The position numbers and the translations under genes were made by a program. The notes below the pieces were generated by a model, which had not been told where the DNA came from, did not search any database, and worked only from the letters and a program-made list of their open reading frames with translations. From positions 20 to 64,019 of the forward strand of contig CALXTY010000001.1 of the NCBI GenBank assembly GCA_944391535.1: DNA of 64,000 nucleotides, read 5' to 3'. Positions 1 to 9,448 of the stretch are shown here, piece after piece. The stretch's first letter is position 1, and every line of letters starts with the position of its first letter. The DNA is from an uncultured Alphaproteobacteria bacterium (GTDB taxonomy: Bacteria; Pseudomonadota; Alphaproteobacteria; CAAGCB01; CAG-977).

Positions 1-1274
1 GCGTCTTTTGTGCGACAACCGGCTATCCTTCGGTCGGTACGTTCTTTGAACAAAGATTGGTCTTGGGAAAAGGAAACGGTGTCTACGGGTCTAAAACAGG
101 ACAGTACGAATTTTTTTCTCCTACCGCGGCAGATGCCGCAGTAACGTCAGAATACGGTTACGGATATGAGTTGTCTTCTGATCAAATCAATGATGTGTGT
201 TGGTTGTCTTCGGGGAGAGTTCTGGCAATCGGAACCGTCGGCGCCGATTTCACGTTGGAAACCATCGGCGGTGAAGGAACCATCCCGATGAGTGTAAAAG
301 CTCAACGGCATTCCACGTATGGCAGTGAATCGGTCGCGCCGGTTAAAGTCGGCAGCACGACTTTGTTCGTTCAGCATTATGGCAGAAAATTGCGCGCTTT
401 CGCTTATGACAGTAATTCCGACGATTATATCGCCAGAGATTTAACAACCTTGGCACCGCATATTACCTTCAGCGGAATTAAAGAAATGGCCTTGCAACAA
501 GAACCTGTCCCCGTCGTCTGGTGCGCTTTGAAAAACGGAATGTTGGCCGGATTGACTTATGAAGCTTCCGAAGCGGTTAAAGCTTGGCATTTCCATGAAA
601 TATGCAAAGGACGTGTTGAAAGTATCGCTACCGTTCCGGCGGAAAACGGAGGAAATGACGAACTCTTTTTATTGGTTCAACGTAATATTAACGGATCGGT
701 AAAAAGATACATTGAAGTGATGGAAAAGGGAATCGAAGAAGACGCGCAAGATACAAAAGAGTGTTTCTTTGTTGACAGCGGGTTGTCTTATCACGGTGAG
801 GCTGTATCTCAACTTGCCGGATTGGATCATCTGGAAGGGGAAACGGTCGCAATTCTGGCGGACGGAGCCGTTCAAACCGAAAAAGTCGTTCAAAACGGTA
901 TGATTGCTCTGGATACACCGGCGTGTGTCGTTCATGTCGGTTTGCCGTTCGTTTCCATCCTGCAAACAATGCCTCTTGTCGCCGTCGGTCATGACGGTGT
1001 CTCAGAAACGTCAACAAAAAGAATTTCGGGTGTCCTGTTGCGTCTCTATAAGACTCTGGGATTGTCCGTCGGATCCTCGGATCATCTGGAAAAACAAAGC
1101 TTCCGAAATTCCAGTGATCCGATGAATGCTCCTCCGGCTCTTTTCTCCGGTGATAGAAAAGTGTCTTTTTGCGCAAGTTGGAATCGTGTGGCGAATATTC
1201 GCATCGAACAGGATCAACCTTTGCCTTTGACTCTTTTAAGCATTTTCCCTCTCGTCTCAACAAACAGAATTTAA
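1..1274 (+). CDS. Phage structural protein, 5'-partial (ORF runs off the window start; frame 3 is open from nt 3)
   Basis: Long ORF open to the window edge. Sits immediately upstream of a lysis cassette (holin, endolysin, spanins). No recognisable catalytic motifs. Function assigned by context only. Confidence 0.4.
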   Translation, partial: VFCATTGYPSVGTFFEQRLVLGKGNGVYGSKTGQYEFFSPTAADAAVTSEYGYGYELSSDQINDVCWLSSGRVLAIGTVGADFTLETIGGEGTIPMSVKAQRHSTYGSESVAPVKVGSTTLFVQHYGRKLRAFAYDSNSDDYIARDLTTLAPHITFSGIKEMALQQEPVPVVWCALKNGMLAGLTYEASEAVKAWHFHEICKGRVESIATVPAENGGNDELFLLVQRNINGSVKRYIEVMEKGIEEDAQDTKECFFVDSGLSYHGEAVSQLAGLDHLEGETVAILADGAVQTEKVVQNGMIALDTPACVVHVGLPFVSILQTMPLVAVGHDGVSETSTKRISGVLLRLYKTLGLSVGSSDHLEKQSFRNSSDPMNAPPALFSGDRKVSFCASWNRVANIRIEQDQPLPLTLLSIFPLVSTNRI

Positions 1275-1284
1275 GGAGATCTCT

Positions 1285-1695
1285 ATGAGTAAATCATCAC
1301 TCTCAATATTAACAAACAGTGCTAAAAATACGTTTAATCTTTTGAAAGACTGGCAAACCTCTAAAGACAATGAAGATGATTATTATCAACAGGCCGACAG
1401 CTTGTTAAAACAAACCCAATACGAAACAAAAAAAATAAAACGGGAAAATCGTGAAAAAAAAGGAGAAGCCATCGCAAACGCCGGTGCTTCCGGTATTGCC
1501 GTGTCGTCTTTTAACGATGCGTTACTCTATAACGATCTGAAAACGGCTCAGGAAGTCTATCAAAAACAAGAACAAGCCAGAGAACAGGCGTATAATTTAA
1601 GAAAACAAGCTAAAAAAGAAAGCCGTAACAGAAAAAATCAAGCCTTTTCTTATTCGATCGGCCTGTTGACCGATTTCGGCGGATTGAACCGTTAG
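1285..1695 (+). CDS. Hypothetical phage protein, K/E/Q-rich, likely coiled-coil
   Basis: 136-aa ORF between the structural gene and the lysis genes, 10 nt after the previous stop. Charged, low-complexity composition. Confidence 0.35.
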   Translation: MSKSSLSILTNSAKNTFNLLKDWQTSKDNEDDYYQQADSLLKQTQYETKKIKRENREKKGEAIANAGASGIAVSSFNDALLYNDLKTAQEVYQKQEQAREQAYNLRKQAKKESRNRKNQAFSYSIGLLTDFGGLNR

Positions 1696-1727
1696 TCCGC
1701 CTTTGCCCCTAAAAGGAGTCTATAGTT

Positions 1728-1892
1728 ATGGGAAATATTAAAGAAGGAGTCACGATTTCCGCCGGACTGACAGCTCCGGCTTGGATGCCGATCTTTAATG
1801 AATGGGTCGGTTGCCTGATCGGAATTGCAACCTTACTCTATATTTGCGTTAAAATTTATGTCTTGCTTCGTCAATCGGGAGACGCCGAATGA
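1728..1892 (+). CDS. Putative holin (54 aa, single TM; below the ORF-track size cutoff)
   Basis: ATG at 1728 is preceded by AAAAGGAG. The product MGNIKEGVTISAGLTAPAWMPIFNEWVGCLIGIATLLYICVKIYVLLRQSGDAE has one hydrophobic helix and a charged C-terminus. Its stop overlaps the endolysin start (ATGA). Confidence 0.4.
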   Translation: MGNIKEGVTISAGLTAPAWMPIFNEWVGCLIGIATLLYICVKIYVLLRQSGDAE

Positions 1893-2347
1893 TTTCAAAA
1901 AAAAGCATGGATCTGATTAAAACATTCGAAGGTTTTTCCGCTTTGGAATATACCTGTGTCGCCGGAAAAAGAACAATCGGTTACGGCCATGTGTTGGCGC
2001 CGGGTGAAAAGTATGTTTGCGGACTGTCCGAACAAAAAGCCGAATATCTTTTAAAACAAGATCTTGATCTTATGGAAAAAGCTTTAAACCGTTTGGTAAA
2101 AGTTCCTTTGGCTGCTCATCAAAAAGAGGCTCTGCTCAGTTTTATTTTCAATGTCGGAATAAGAGCTTTCCAAAAATCGACGTTATTAAAGGAATTGAAT
2201 GAAGGCAATTACGATCAGGTCCCCAAACAACTTCAGCGATGGATCTATGTTAACGGAAAACCTTGTAACGGACTTATCCGGCGAAGAAAGGCCGAAGCGG
2301 ATTTATTTGAAAAACGAGCGGAACGGAAACGTTCCGTTTTTTTATGA
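1889..2347 (+). CDS. Phage lysozyme / endolysin (glycoside hydrolase family 24)
   Basis: N-terminal motif LIKTFEGFSALEYTCVAGKRTIGYGH matches the GH24 (T4/lambda R-like) catalytic E...D...T signature. Confidence 0.8.
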   Translation: MISKKSMDLIKTFEGFSALEYTCVAGKRTIGYGHVLAPGEKYVCGLSEQKAEYLLKQDLDLMEKALNRLVKVPLAAHQKEALLSFIFNVGIRAFQKSTLLKELNEGNYDQVPKQLQRWIYVNGKPCNGLIRRRKAEADLFEKRAERKRSVFL

Positions 2348-2358
2348 AAGGAAAATAA

Positions 2359-2574
2359 ATGAGTTTTGATAATGTTGTTTCTTTTTTTGAACAGGTCGTC
2401 TTTTGGTTCGGAACGGTGGTCGCCGCCGCTTCTGTGATTGTGAAAGCGACACCGACCCAAAAAGACGATGATTTCTTGGCGAAAATCGTCAAAGTGCTGG
2501 ATCTGGTTTCTATTGTAAATGCTAAAATTCAGGAAAACGAACAAAACGTAAAGAGCGAAAAAAATGTCGTTTAA
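2359..2574 (+). CDS. Small membrane protein of the lysis cassette (putative antiholin or lysis accessory)
   Basis: 71 aa with one hydrophobic segment (FWFGTVVAAASVIV), between the endolysin and the spanin genes. Confidence 0.3.
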   Translation: MSFDNVVSFFEQVVFWFGTVVAAASVIVKATPTQKDDDFLAKIVKVLDLVSIVNAKIQENEQNVKSEKNVV

Positions 2575-2773
2575 TGAATTCGGCATCATCGGTATAGGAG
2601 CAAGCTTGTTAGTGGGATTGCTTTCTTTCTTCGCCTATAAATTTGGACGTGCAAAGGAAAAATTAGATCATGAAGAAGAAAAATCAAAAACTCTGGCCTA
2701 CATTCGCGCTTTACGTCAAAATCTGGATGATTGTGATGTCGTTAAGCGCTTGCACGATACGTTTAAACGGTGA
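2564..2773 (+). CDS. Putative i-spanin (Rz-like)
   Basis: N-terminal TM (IIGIGASLLVGLLSFFAY) followed by a charged periplasmic coiled-coil. Another gene is embedded in its +1 frame. Confidence 0.4.
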   Translation: MSFNEFGIIGIGASLLVGLLSFFAYKFGRAKEKLDHEEEKSKTLAYIRALRQNLDDCDVVKRLHDTFKR

Positions 2774-2879
2774 TTTTTGTGATATATACTCGCCCGTTTT
2801 CCCGGATTATGAAAATGATACGCCGGAAACGATCCGACAGATTGATGAAAACAATATCGTTTATTTGGAATGTTTTTAA
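2670..2879 (+). CDS. Putative o-spanin (Rz1-like lipoprotein), overlapping/embedded architecture
   Basis: Starts inside the i-spanin gene in another frame. MKKKNQK n-region, then lipobox L-S-A-C (MSLSAC). Confidence 0.4.
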   Translation: MKKKNQKLWPTFALYVKIWMIVMSLSACTIRLNGDFCDIYSPVFPDYENDTPETIRQIDENNIVYLECF

Positions 2880-2885
2880 GAAAAA

Positions 2886-2909
2886 CAGCCCGAAAGGGCT
2901 GTTTTTTTA
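2886..2909. terminator. Rho-independent terminator (CAGCCCgaaaGGGCTG + T7), likely bidirectional
   Basis: Perfect 6-bp stem with GAAA loop, followed by TTTTTTT and preceded by AAAAA. Lies at the end of the lysis cassette and the 3' end of the convergent Sel1 gene. Confidence 0.6.
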
Positions 2910-3671
2910 AAAAGATCTTCTTCTTCTGTTGCCGACACGATTCGAATTTTCTTCTTCTTCTTTTTCTTCTTCTTCTTGTGAAAAAAGACGGGAAGAGCGT
3001 TTGTTTTGCTCTTTTTCTTTGCTGGCATTTTTTTCTTCTTTTGCTTTTTGATCTCTGATCAACGCTTCAATCAAAGGATTATCGTAAACATTTTTTTCTT
3101 CGTCTTTGGTTTCGTATTTCGAGATATCAACTCCGAAATCCATATATTGTTGCGCAATTTTATCTTCTAGTTTATCCAATTCCAATTGTTGATGCTGATT
3201 AAACAGATCAATCAAATCCAAAGTGCTTTGAATCATCGGATTAGCTAATGAAATCTCATCCAAATTCATACGGGCTTCCAATCTGTTGCGGAACGGAACC
3301 GCTTTCTGATTCCCTAGTAAAACGGCTGTCTGATACCACTTGTAAGCAAAAATATTGCTTTGACTGACACCGTTTCCTTTTTCGTACAGCTTCCCCAGTT
3401 CCAATTGAGAAGGTGTATGGTTTCTCATCGCAGCAGAAGTAAAACAGTCGGCCGCGGCCATAAAAGCATCTTCGTTAGCGTCGCTTAACAGTAACATACC
3501 GCGTTCGTATAAAGCTTCCGGATCTGTCATTTTTGCGCATACTGCGCTGGCGTTGATATATTTTGCCAAAGTATTTTCCTGTTCCCCTTCAGAAGCTTTG
3601 AAGCTGGTCTGGGCGTAAACAGAACCATTTGCGATAAAAAAAATCAAAAATATCAGAAATGCCTTGAACAC
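2907..3671 (-). CDS. Sel1-repeat (TPR-like) secreted protein with C-terminal poly-Glu tail
   Basis: Signal peptide MFKAFLIFLIFFIANGSVYA. Sel1-type repeats (GxxYxxG..Ax.WYxxAA pattern). C-terminal EEEEKEEEEN is encoded by a (CTT/GAA)n tract at ~2930-2990. Confidence 0.7.
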   Translation of the reverse strand: MFKAFLIFLIFFIANGSVYAQTSFKASEGEQENTLAKYINASAVCAKMTDPEALYERGMLLLSDANEDAFMAAADCFTSAAMRNHTPSQLELGKLYEKGNGVSQSNIFAYKWYQTAVLLGNQKAVPFRNRLEARMNLDEISLANPMIQSTLDLIDLFNQHQQLELDKLEDKIAQQYMDFGVDISKYETKDEEKNVYDNPLIEALIRDQKAKEEKNASKEKEQNKRSSRLFSQEEEEKEEEENSNRVGNRRRRSF

Positions 3672-3740
3672 GAGATCATATCCTTAAATAATAAGTGACA
3701 GTATCATATTTTTATAAAGTTTAAGCTAAATAGGCAAAAA

Positions 3741-5774
3741 ATGAAACGGCTTTTATATTTTTTTTCGTTTTTCTTTTTTTTAATTTTTTTTCAAACTTCT
3801 GTGCAAGCGGCAGTTCAAGCGGATTTGTTACTACAAAAAGAAAATATTTCCGCGGGACAAGAATTTTTTCTTGCGTTGAAGCTGTCTTTACCGTCCGGAG
3901 GACATGTCTATTGGCAAAACCCGGGAGATTCCGGAGAACCGATTGAATTGAAATTAAAGCTGCCGGAAGGATTTCGCGAAATTCAACGTTATTGGCCGGC
4001 TCCTGAAAAATTCACGGTAGGACCGTTCACCGAATACGGTTATAAAAATCAGGCTTATGTCGTGGCGAAAATCAAAGCTTCTGAAAATTTAAAACAAGGT
4101 GAGGTCTTTGTCATTGATGCCAAAGCCACATGGCTGTTTTGCCATAACGAATGCATACCGATGTCTCAGGATTTGTCTGTTTTGGGAATCGGCGGAAAAA
4201 TAAATGAGAGAGAAAACAAGGAAATCAGTCGTGTCATTCAAAATATGCCGAAAGAAAATAAAGAAACGCTCTTTTTTGAAACACCCGATACTTTGATTTT
4301 ATCCCTACCGGCTCATAAAGAGGTAAAAAGTGCTTATTTTTTCTCTAAGAATCTGAAAATTTTGAATTATTCCGCTACGCAAAATTTAAAGGAAGCCGGA
4401 GGAAAATTCTATCTATTCATGAAAAAATCCGATACGATGTCGGCTCAGCCGTTGGATTTGTTGGAAGGAACTCTTGTCCTTTATGATGAACGGCGTGAAC
4501 CGGTATGTTCTTTTGATGTTAAAGCATTGAAAACGGATGAAAATCTTCCTGTTTTTACAGAACCGTTCGTGTGGATCGATTTTTTAACGGCTCTGTTTTT
4601 CGCTTTTTCCGGCGGCGTTTTGTTAAATCTTATGCCGTGTGTTTTTCCGGTGTTGTCATTAAAAGCTTTTCGTTTGTTGAATGCCGCGCGGGATGTTTCC
4701 GTAGCCGATCGGCGTAAGGCGGGGTTAAGCTATACCGCAGGAGTTTTGTTGTCTTTTTGTTGCATCGGTTTAATTCTGATCGCTTTGCGAGCCGCCGGAT
4801 CTGAAATGGGGTGGGGATTCCAATTACAATATCCTCCGTTTGTTTTGGGGTTGTGTTTGTTCCTGTTCTTTTTGGGATTGGTTTTTTCGGATATTGTCAG
4901 CGTTGGCGAAAAATTATCCGCATTCAGTTTGAATGTCGGACGAAACTGGGGGGATTTCGGAACGGGAGTCCTGGCTGTTTTGGTCGCGACCCCTTGTGCC
5001 GCACCGTTTATGGGAACGGCTTTGGGATACGGATTGATGAATCCGGCCGTTGTGACAATGTGTGTCTTTTTTGCAATGGGATCGGGGTTGGCTTTCCCGT
5101 TTTTATTGCTGGATTTCTATCCTGCTTTGGGGCGCTTCTTACCTAAAGCGGGGCCGTGGATGGTGATGTTCAGGCAATTTTTGGCTTTTCCTTTATACGC
5201 CGCCGCCGCTTGGTTGCTTTGGGTCTTGAGCGCTCAAGAGGGAAGTGTGGCATTGGCGGTCGGCTTGAGCTGTGTCGTCGCAGTTTCTTTTGCCGTATGG
5301 TTGGCCGGAGCCGCTCAATCGAAAAACTTAAAAAGAATTTCTGTCTTTGTAACGCTTTTTACGCTCTTTTTAATTATTGTTGGCCTTTATTCTCTTTCTC
5401 CTGTCCGTTTGTCGGAAAAAGAAAAAAACAGGATTGATTGGATTGATTATAATGCCGCAGAAATTCAAGACTACAGACAAGCCGGAGTGCCGGTGTTCAT
5501 TAAATTTTCCGCCAAATGGTGTTTGACTTGTCTGGTCAATGAAAAGACTGTTTTCAGTTCTGAAAAAATCGCAAAAGCCTTTCGTCAAAAAGGCGTTGTC
5601 GCTTTTTCGGCCGACTGGACAAACCGCAGCGATGAAATTACCGCGGCTTTGGAAAGCTTCGGACGAGGGGGAATACCGTTGTATGTGTATTATGCGCCTT
5701 ATTCGAAACAGCCTCGGATTTTGCCTCAACTGGTTACTTCAAAAACGATTTTGTCTTTGGTTGACGGATTGTAA
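3741..5774 (+). CDS. dsbD: Thiol:disulfide interchange protein DsbD
   Basis: 677 aa with a signal peptide, a periplasmic N-domain, a multi-TM core containing conserved Cys residues, and a C-terminal thioredoxin-like domain with WCLTC (CxxC). Confidence 0.8.
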   Translation: MKRLLYFFSFFFFLIFFQTSVQAAVQADLLLQKENISAGQEFFLALKLSLPSGGHVYWQNPGDSGEPIELKLKLPEGFREIQRYWPAPEKFTVGPFTEYGYKNQAYVVAKIKASENLKQGEVFVIDAKATWLFCHNECIPMSQDLSVLGIGGKINERENKEISRVIQNMPKENKETLFFETPDTLILSLPAHKEVKSAYFFSKNLKILNYSATQNLKEAGGKFYLFMKKSDTMSAQPLDLLEGTLVLYDERREPVCSFDVKALKTDENLPVFTEPFVWIDFLTALFFAFSGGVLLNLMPCVFPVLSLKAFRLLNAARDVSVADRRKAGLSYTAGVLLSFCCIGLILIALRAAGSEMGWGFQLQYPPFVLGLCLFLFFLGLVFSDIVSVGEKLSAFSLNVGRNWGDFGTGVLAVLVATPCAAPFMGTALGYGLMNPAVVTMCVFFAMGSGLAFPFLLLDFYPALGRFLPKAGPWMVMFRQFLAFPLYAAAAWLLWVLSAQEGSVALAVGLSCVVAVSFAVWLAGAAQSKNLKRISVFVTLFTLFLIIVGLYSLSPVRLSEKEKNRIDWIDYNAAEIQDYRQAGVPVFIKFSAKWCLTCLVNEKTVFSSEKIAKAFRQKGVVAFSADWTNRSDEITAALESFGRGGIPLYVYYAPYSKQPRILPQLVTSKTILSLVDGL

Positions 5775-5777
5775 AGA

Positions 5778-7235
5778 TTATTTGGGCGGTTTGCCTTTTA
5801 TCGCAACGATTTTTAGACTGTGAGGAAAGATTTTTTTCCCGTCGGGAACCGATTGCGGGACAAAACGAATCACGGCCGTCCCTTCATGGAGAACGGTGAA
5901 TTGTTTGCTCAGCCAGCTTTCTTGACGAGCTGTTTGTGCGGACAGCGGTGTTAAGATAAAAGAGGGATTGGCTCCGAGCAATCCGGACGGATCTTGCAGG
6001 ATGAGGTTATATCCCGTATTTTTAATGTACATATGTCCGCCTTTGCGTGTTGCGTCGTTTTCATATAAAGGCGTATAAACCGATAACCTGATGATGTCTC
6101 CGACCATGACGGGGATAGAGCTGTTTTCTTTTTTTAAAGTCAGATGAATAAATCGTGGATCTGACGGTCTGAAATAAAGCGCCATAATGGCTTCTTGATC
6201 TTCGGGTGTCGGCGCGGGCAGTTTTTTCGTTTCCAGATCTGGGTTTTCTTTTTGTTCGGTATTCATTCCGACCCATGTCGGCATCAATGGGAAAAAGGTT
6301 TTATATTTATTGTCGAAAGCGTCTTTTTTAATAAATTTCATAAAAGGAGTTTCTTCAATCATTTTTTCGGGCGGCAAAGGCAGCGCTTTCGGGATATTAA
6401 ACTGTTTCAGATCTTTTGGAGCCAAGACGGTTTTTAACCAATAAGGTCTGAATTTTTCCAGATAAGCTTTGTGAAAATCGGATAAATTTTTTTGAGATTC
6501 CTCGAACAGGTTTTCAAATCTCAGATAAATTTTTTTATCTTTTTCCCGATTGACGCGATTCATTCCCAGTTCGCTCAATAAGACGGCTTGCAGAAAGTCT
6601 TTTTTATCGGCGTACAATTGTGCCAGATTATAGAAGGCGTAAAGATTGGAGCTTAATACGGCTTGTTTTAAAAGATCTTCGGCTTTTTTTTCATCTTTTT
6701 TGACGCCGATCCCAAATCTGTAATAAACGCCTAATGTATTCATGGCGCCGCTGTGATTGTTTTTGATGGCTTTTTGAAAATAATTTGCGGCGGACGCATA
6801 ATTTCGTTTCACGCCGACACCTTCTTGATAGAGCAGTCCCATTTGAAAAGCGGCATTACGATTATTTGAATCGGCTTGATATTTCAAATGATGAACATAC
6901 ATTGCGCCAGAAAATCCGCTGATTTTTTCTTTAAAACGATCAAGTATGCCGATTTTATCAAGAGCGGACAAATCGCCTTTTTCAAGGTCTTTTAAAAATG
7001 CGGCGTAAGGAATGGTTTTATTTTGCTCTTTTTTCATGATTAACTCGCAGACGCGAACGACATATGCGGCGCTGGGTTGTTCTTTTTCATATTTTTTCAT
7101 GATGCGCAAAGCTTCATTGCAATTTCCCGCATTGAAGGCTTCCACGCCGACGTCGAAAGAGTCTCGATCAACGGTTTGAGCCTGAAGTCCCGTTAAGTCG
7201 GAGAAGAAAAAAAGAGAAAGAAGAAAAAAAATCAT
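5778..7235 (-). CDS. Sel1-repeat protein (EnhC/LpnE-like), secreted
   Basis: Signal peptide, then multiple Sel1 repeats (AxxYFQKAIKNNHSGAMNTLGVYY, etc.). Confidence 0.7.
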   Translation of the reverse strand: MIFFLLSLFFFSDLTGLQAQTVDRDSFDVGVEAFNAGNCNEALRIMKKYEKEQPSAAYVVRVCELIMKKEQNKTIPYAAFLKDLEKGDLSALDKIGILDRFKEKISGFSGAMYVHHLKYQADSNNRNAAFQMGLLYQEGVGVKRNYASAANYFQKAIKNNHSGAMNTLGVYYRFGIGVKKDEKKAEDLLKQAVLSSNLYAFYNLAQLYADKKDFLQAVLLSELGMNRVNREKDKKIYLRFENLFEESQKNLSDFHKAYLEKFRPYWLKTVLAPKDLKQFNIPKALPLPPEKMIEETPFMKFIKKDAFDNKYKTFFPLMPTWVGMNTEQKENPDLETKKLPAPTPEDQEAIMALYFRPSDPRFIHLTLKKENSSIPVMVGDIIRLSVYTPLYENDATRKGGHMYIKNTGYNLILQDPSGLLGANPSFILTPLSAQTARQESWLSKQFTVLHEGTAVIRFVPQSVPDGKKIFPHSLKIVAIKGKPPK

Positions 7236-7951
7236 TATTTTGCTTTTTTAATCGGTTCTGAAGAACGGTTTAGGAAAATATTTTCAAATTTTTTTTGTTG
7301 ATCGATACTTTTTTCCCATCGTTTGGCGGTATGAATATTTTCTGAAATATTTCCGGAACCGTTTTTATAAATAACGGCAAGAGCCATTTTTGCGTTAATA
7401 TCGCCTTGTCTGGCCGCTTTTTGATAAAAGTAAACGGCTTTTTTCATGTTTTTTTCGACATATTCTCCGTTTTCATACCAACGAGCCAACATGATTTGCG
7501 CTTCAGCATCTCCGTTTTCTGCCGCTTTTTGAGCATATTGCAGTCCTTTTTCAAAATCTTGAAGCACATTTTCTCCGTTTATATAAATCAAAGCCATGGT
7601 CATTTGCGCCGGCGCATAGCCTGCATCCGCTGCTTTTTCGTAATAGTCCAAAGCTTTTGTAATATTAACGGGCATTCCTTTTCCCGTAAAATTCATGGCT
7701 CCCAAGGCGAAGGCCGCTTCGGGAAGATTCAGCAGATCGGCTTGAGCAAAATAAACCGACGCTTTTTGATAATCGCCTTTTTCATAATAGCTTAAAGCCC
7801 TGTTTAGCGGATTATAGGAAAAGTTCTTAGGTTGTCGGTTGAGGAAAAAAAAGAAGGTGATTAAACATAAAACGCCGATAAAAATTAAAGCCTTGTAAAG
7901 AGAAATCCGTTCTTTTTTCTGCATTATTGTTTTCCTTTTTCGGACTTTCAC
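7235..7951 (-). CDS. Sel1-repeat protein with N-terminal membrane anchor
   Basis: Contains ALGAMNFTGKG, YYEKAADAGYAPAQ and WYENGEYVEKNMKKAVYFYQKAA Sel1 repeats. Stop/start abuts the upstream Sel1 gene. Confidence 0.7.
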   Translation of the reverse strand: MKVRKRKTIMQKKERISLYKALIFIGVLCLITFFFFLNRQPKNFSYNPLNRALSYYEKGDYQKASVYFAQADLLNLPEAAFALGAMNFTGKGMPVNITKALDYYEKAADAGYAPAQMTMALIYINGENVLQDFEKGLQYAQKAAENGDAEAQIMLARWYENGEYVEKNMKKAVYFYQKAARQGDINAKMALAVIYKNGSGNISENIHTAKRWEKSIDQQKKFENIFLNRSSEPIKKAK

Positions 7952-8053
7952 TGGATAAAAGCAGTATAGACAATCAAAGGTATTTTAAAAGTAAAAAGAT
8001 TGAAAAAACTTTTAATTTTTGCTAATTTTTATTTGTTTTTTATGGAGACCCGA

Positions 8054-9448
8054 ATGTCTTTTTTGTGTCGCGAGCAAATAAAGTCGTTTCATTTCACACG
8101 TTGTTTTTTTGATGAAGAAACTAAAACGGCTCATTTGTTGTACGCGTTTAACGACGGGGCGATAGAGTTTGAAGAAAAAATCCGCTTTTGTGAAGCCCCT
8201 TCAATTCCGGATCCCGCCAGACGTCAGGTTTTGGAAATATGTTTGCGTTTGCTTCATTTGGCCGCCGGTGTCAGTTACTACAAATTATTTGTTCCTGATG
8301 AAATTAAGGTTGATTGCACACGTTTGTCAAAACGGGAGGCGGATTTTTTTAATTTGTTTTATACGGCGGGTTTGGGAGAATTTTCTTACAGAAACAATGT
8401 GGCTTTGAATATCCGTTTTCCCTTTGATGCCGACCGCACGGACGATTCGGTCGCATCAATAACATTGAAAAAGCGGATTGTTGTTCCCGTGGGCGGCGGA
8501 AAAGATTCGATCGTTTCGATAGAGGCTTTGAAATCATCAAGCTTTTCTCCGATTTTATTTTCCGTTGGTTTGCCGCGACCGATTAAAGAAACAATAGAGA
8601 TATCAGGATTGCCGTCAATTTTGGTTCAACGTCATTTATCCGATCAGCTTATAAAAATCAATGAATGCTCGAATAAATATCATGCATTAAACGGCCATGT
8701 CCCGGTCACGGGGATCATTGCGTTTATTTTAATGGTCGCCGCCGTTTTATATGACTTTTCTGCTGCGGCTTTGTCAAATGAACGTTCGGCAAATGTCGGG
8801 AATACGGAAAAAGACGGTCGCGCGATTAATCATCAATGGAGTAAATCTTTGGAATTTGAACGGGCGTTTGACAGTCTGAAATCTTTGATTCTTCCGGAAT
8901 TTCATTATTTTTCACTTTTGCGTCCGCTGTCTGAATTGACGATAGCTTCTTTATTCGCCAAGACAAAAAAATATGATTTCGTTTTTACCAGTTGTAATAA
9001 GGCTTTTAAACTTGATGAAAATAAAAGGTTGGATCGTTGGTGCGCGAATTGTGATAAATGTCGTTTCGTTTTTTTGGCTTTGGCTCCTTTTATGGACAAG
9101 GAAAAGTTGATTCGCATTTTCGGGCGCAATATGCTAAATGATCTCTCACAGCTTCAGGGATACAAAGAGCTGTTGGGCTTGTCGGCCTTTAAGCCTTTTG
9201 AGTGCGTCGGAGAGATTGAAGAATCTGTATTGGCTTTTTTAATGTTGTCGGACAGTCCGCAATGGCGTGATGAAGCTGTTATCAAGACATTGTCAAACGA
9301 CGTTTACCTGCATTATAAGGAAAAAAAAACAGAGTTTATGAAAAGAATTTTTTCGTCATCGTCTGATCACTTGATACCGGAGGAATACGCTAATGTTATT
9401 GGAAACTTTAAAAAACAGACCTGTCACAGTGTGGGGGAACGGTATTGA
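8054..9448 (+). CDS. PP-loop ATP-pyrophosphatase-family protein; candidate UDP-MurNAc-L-Ala-L-Glu epimerase (MurL-like)
   Basis: SGGxDS-type PP-loop (VPVGGGKDS) and C-terminal CxxC(D)KC cysteines. GGAGA RBS lies 5 nt before the ATG at 8054 (the ORF track starts at 8000). The 3' end overlaps a murD located outside a dcw cluster. The MurL assignment is an inference. Confidence 0.45.
   Translation: MSFLCREQIKSFHFTRCFFDEETKTAHLLYAFNDGAIEFEEKIRFCEAPSIPDPARRQVLEICLRLLHLAAGVSYYKLFVPDEIKVDCTRLSKREADFFNLFYTAGLGEFSYRNNVALNIRFPFDADRTDDSVASITLKKRIVVPVGGGKDSIVSIEALKSSSFSPILFSVGLPRPIKETIEISGLPSILVQRHLSDQLIKINECSNKYHALNGHVPVTGIIAFILMVAAVLYDFSAAALSNERSANVGNTEKDGRAINHQWSKSLEFERAFDSLKSLILPEFHYFSLLRPLSELTIASLFAKTKKYDFVFTSCNKAFKLDENKRLDRWCANCDKCRFVFLALAPFMDKEKLIRIFGRNMLNDLSQLQGYKELLGLSAFKPFECVGEIEESVLAFLMLSDSPQWRDEAVIKTLSNDVYLHYKEKKTEFMKRIFSSSSDHLIPEEYANVIGNFKKQTCHSVGERY

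Noticed and set aside
688-1263. Many ORF-track entries antisense to or embedded within long, well-supported genes (e.g. 688..1263-, 4811..5146+, 12296..12674+, 20628..21479+, 45891..46331-, 47580..48098-, 60397..60726-)
   Set aside because: They lie entirely inside stronger co-linear genes with recognisable motifs, lack RBS or context, and have biased low-complexity translations typical of out-of-frame reads.
2930-2995. (CTT)n tract as a potential phase-variation switch
   Set aside because: The repeat unit is a triplet inside the coding region (poly-Glu tail), so slippage changes tail length without a frameshift. It is not an on/off switch.
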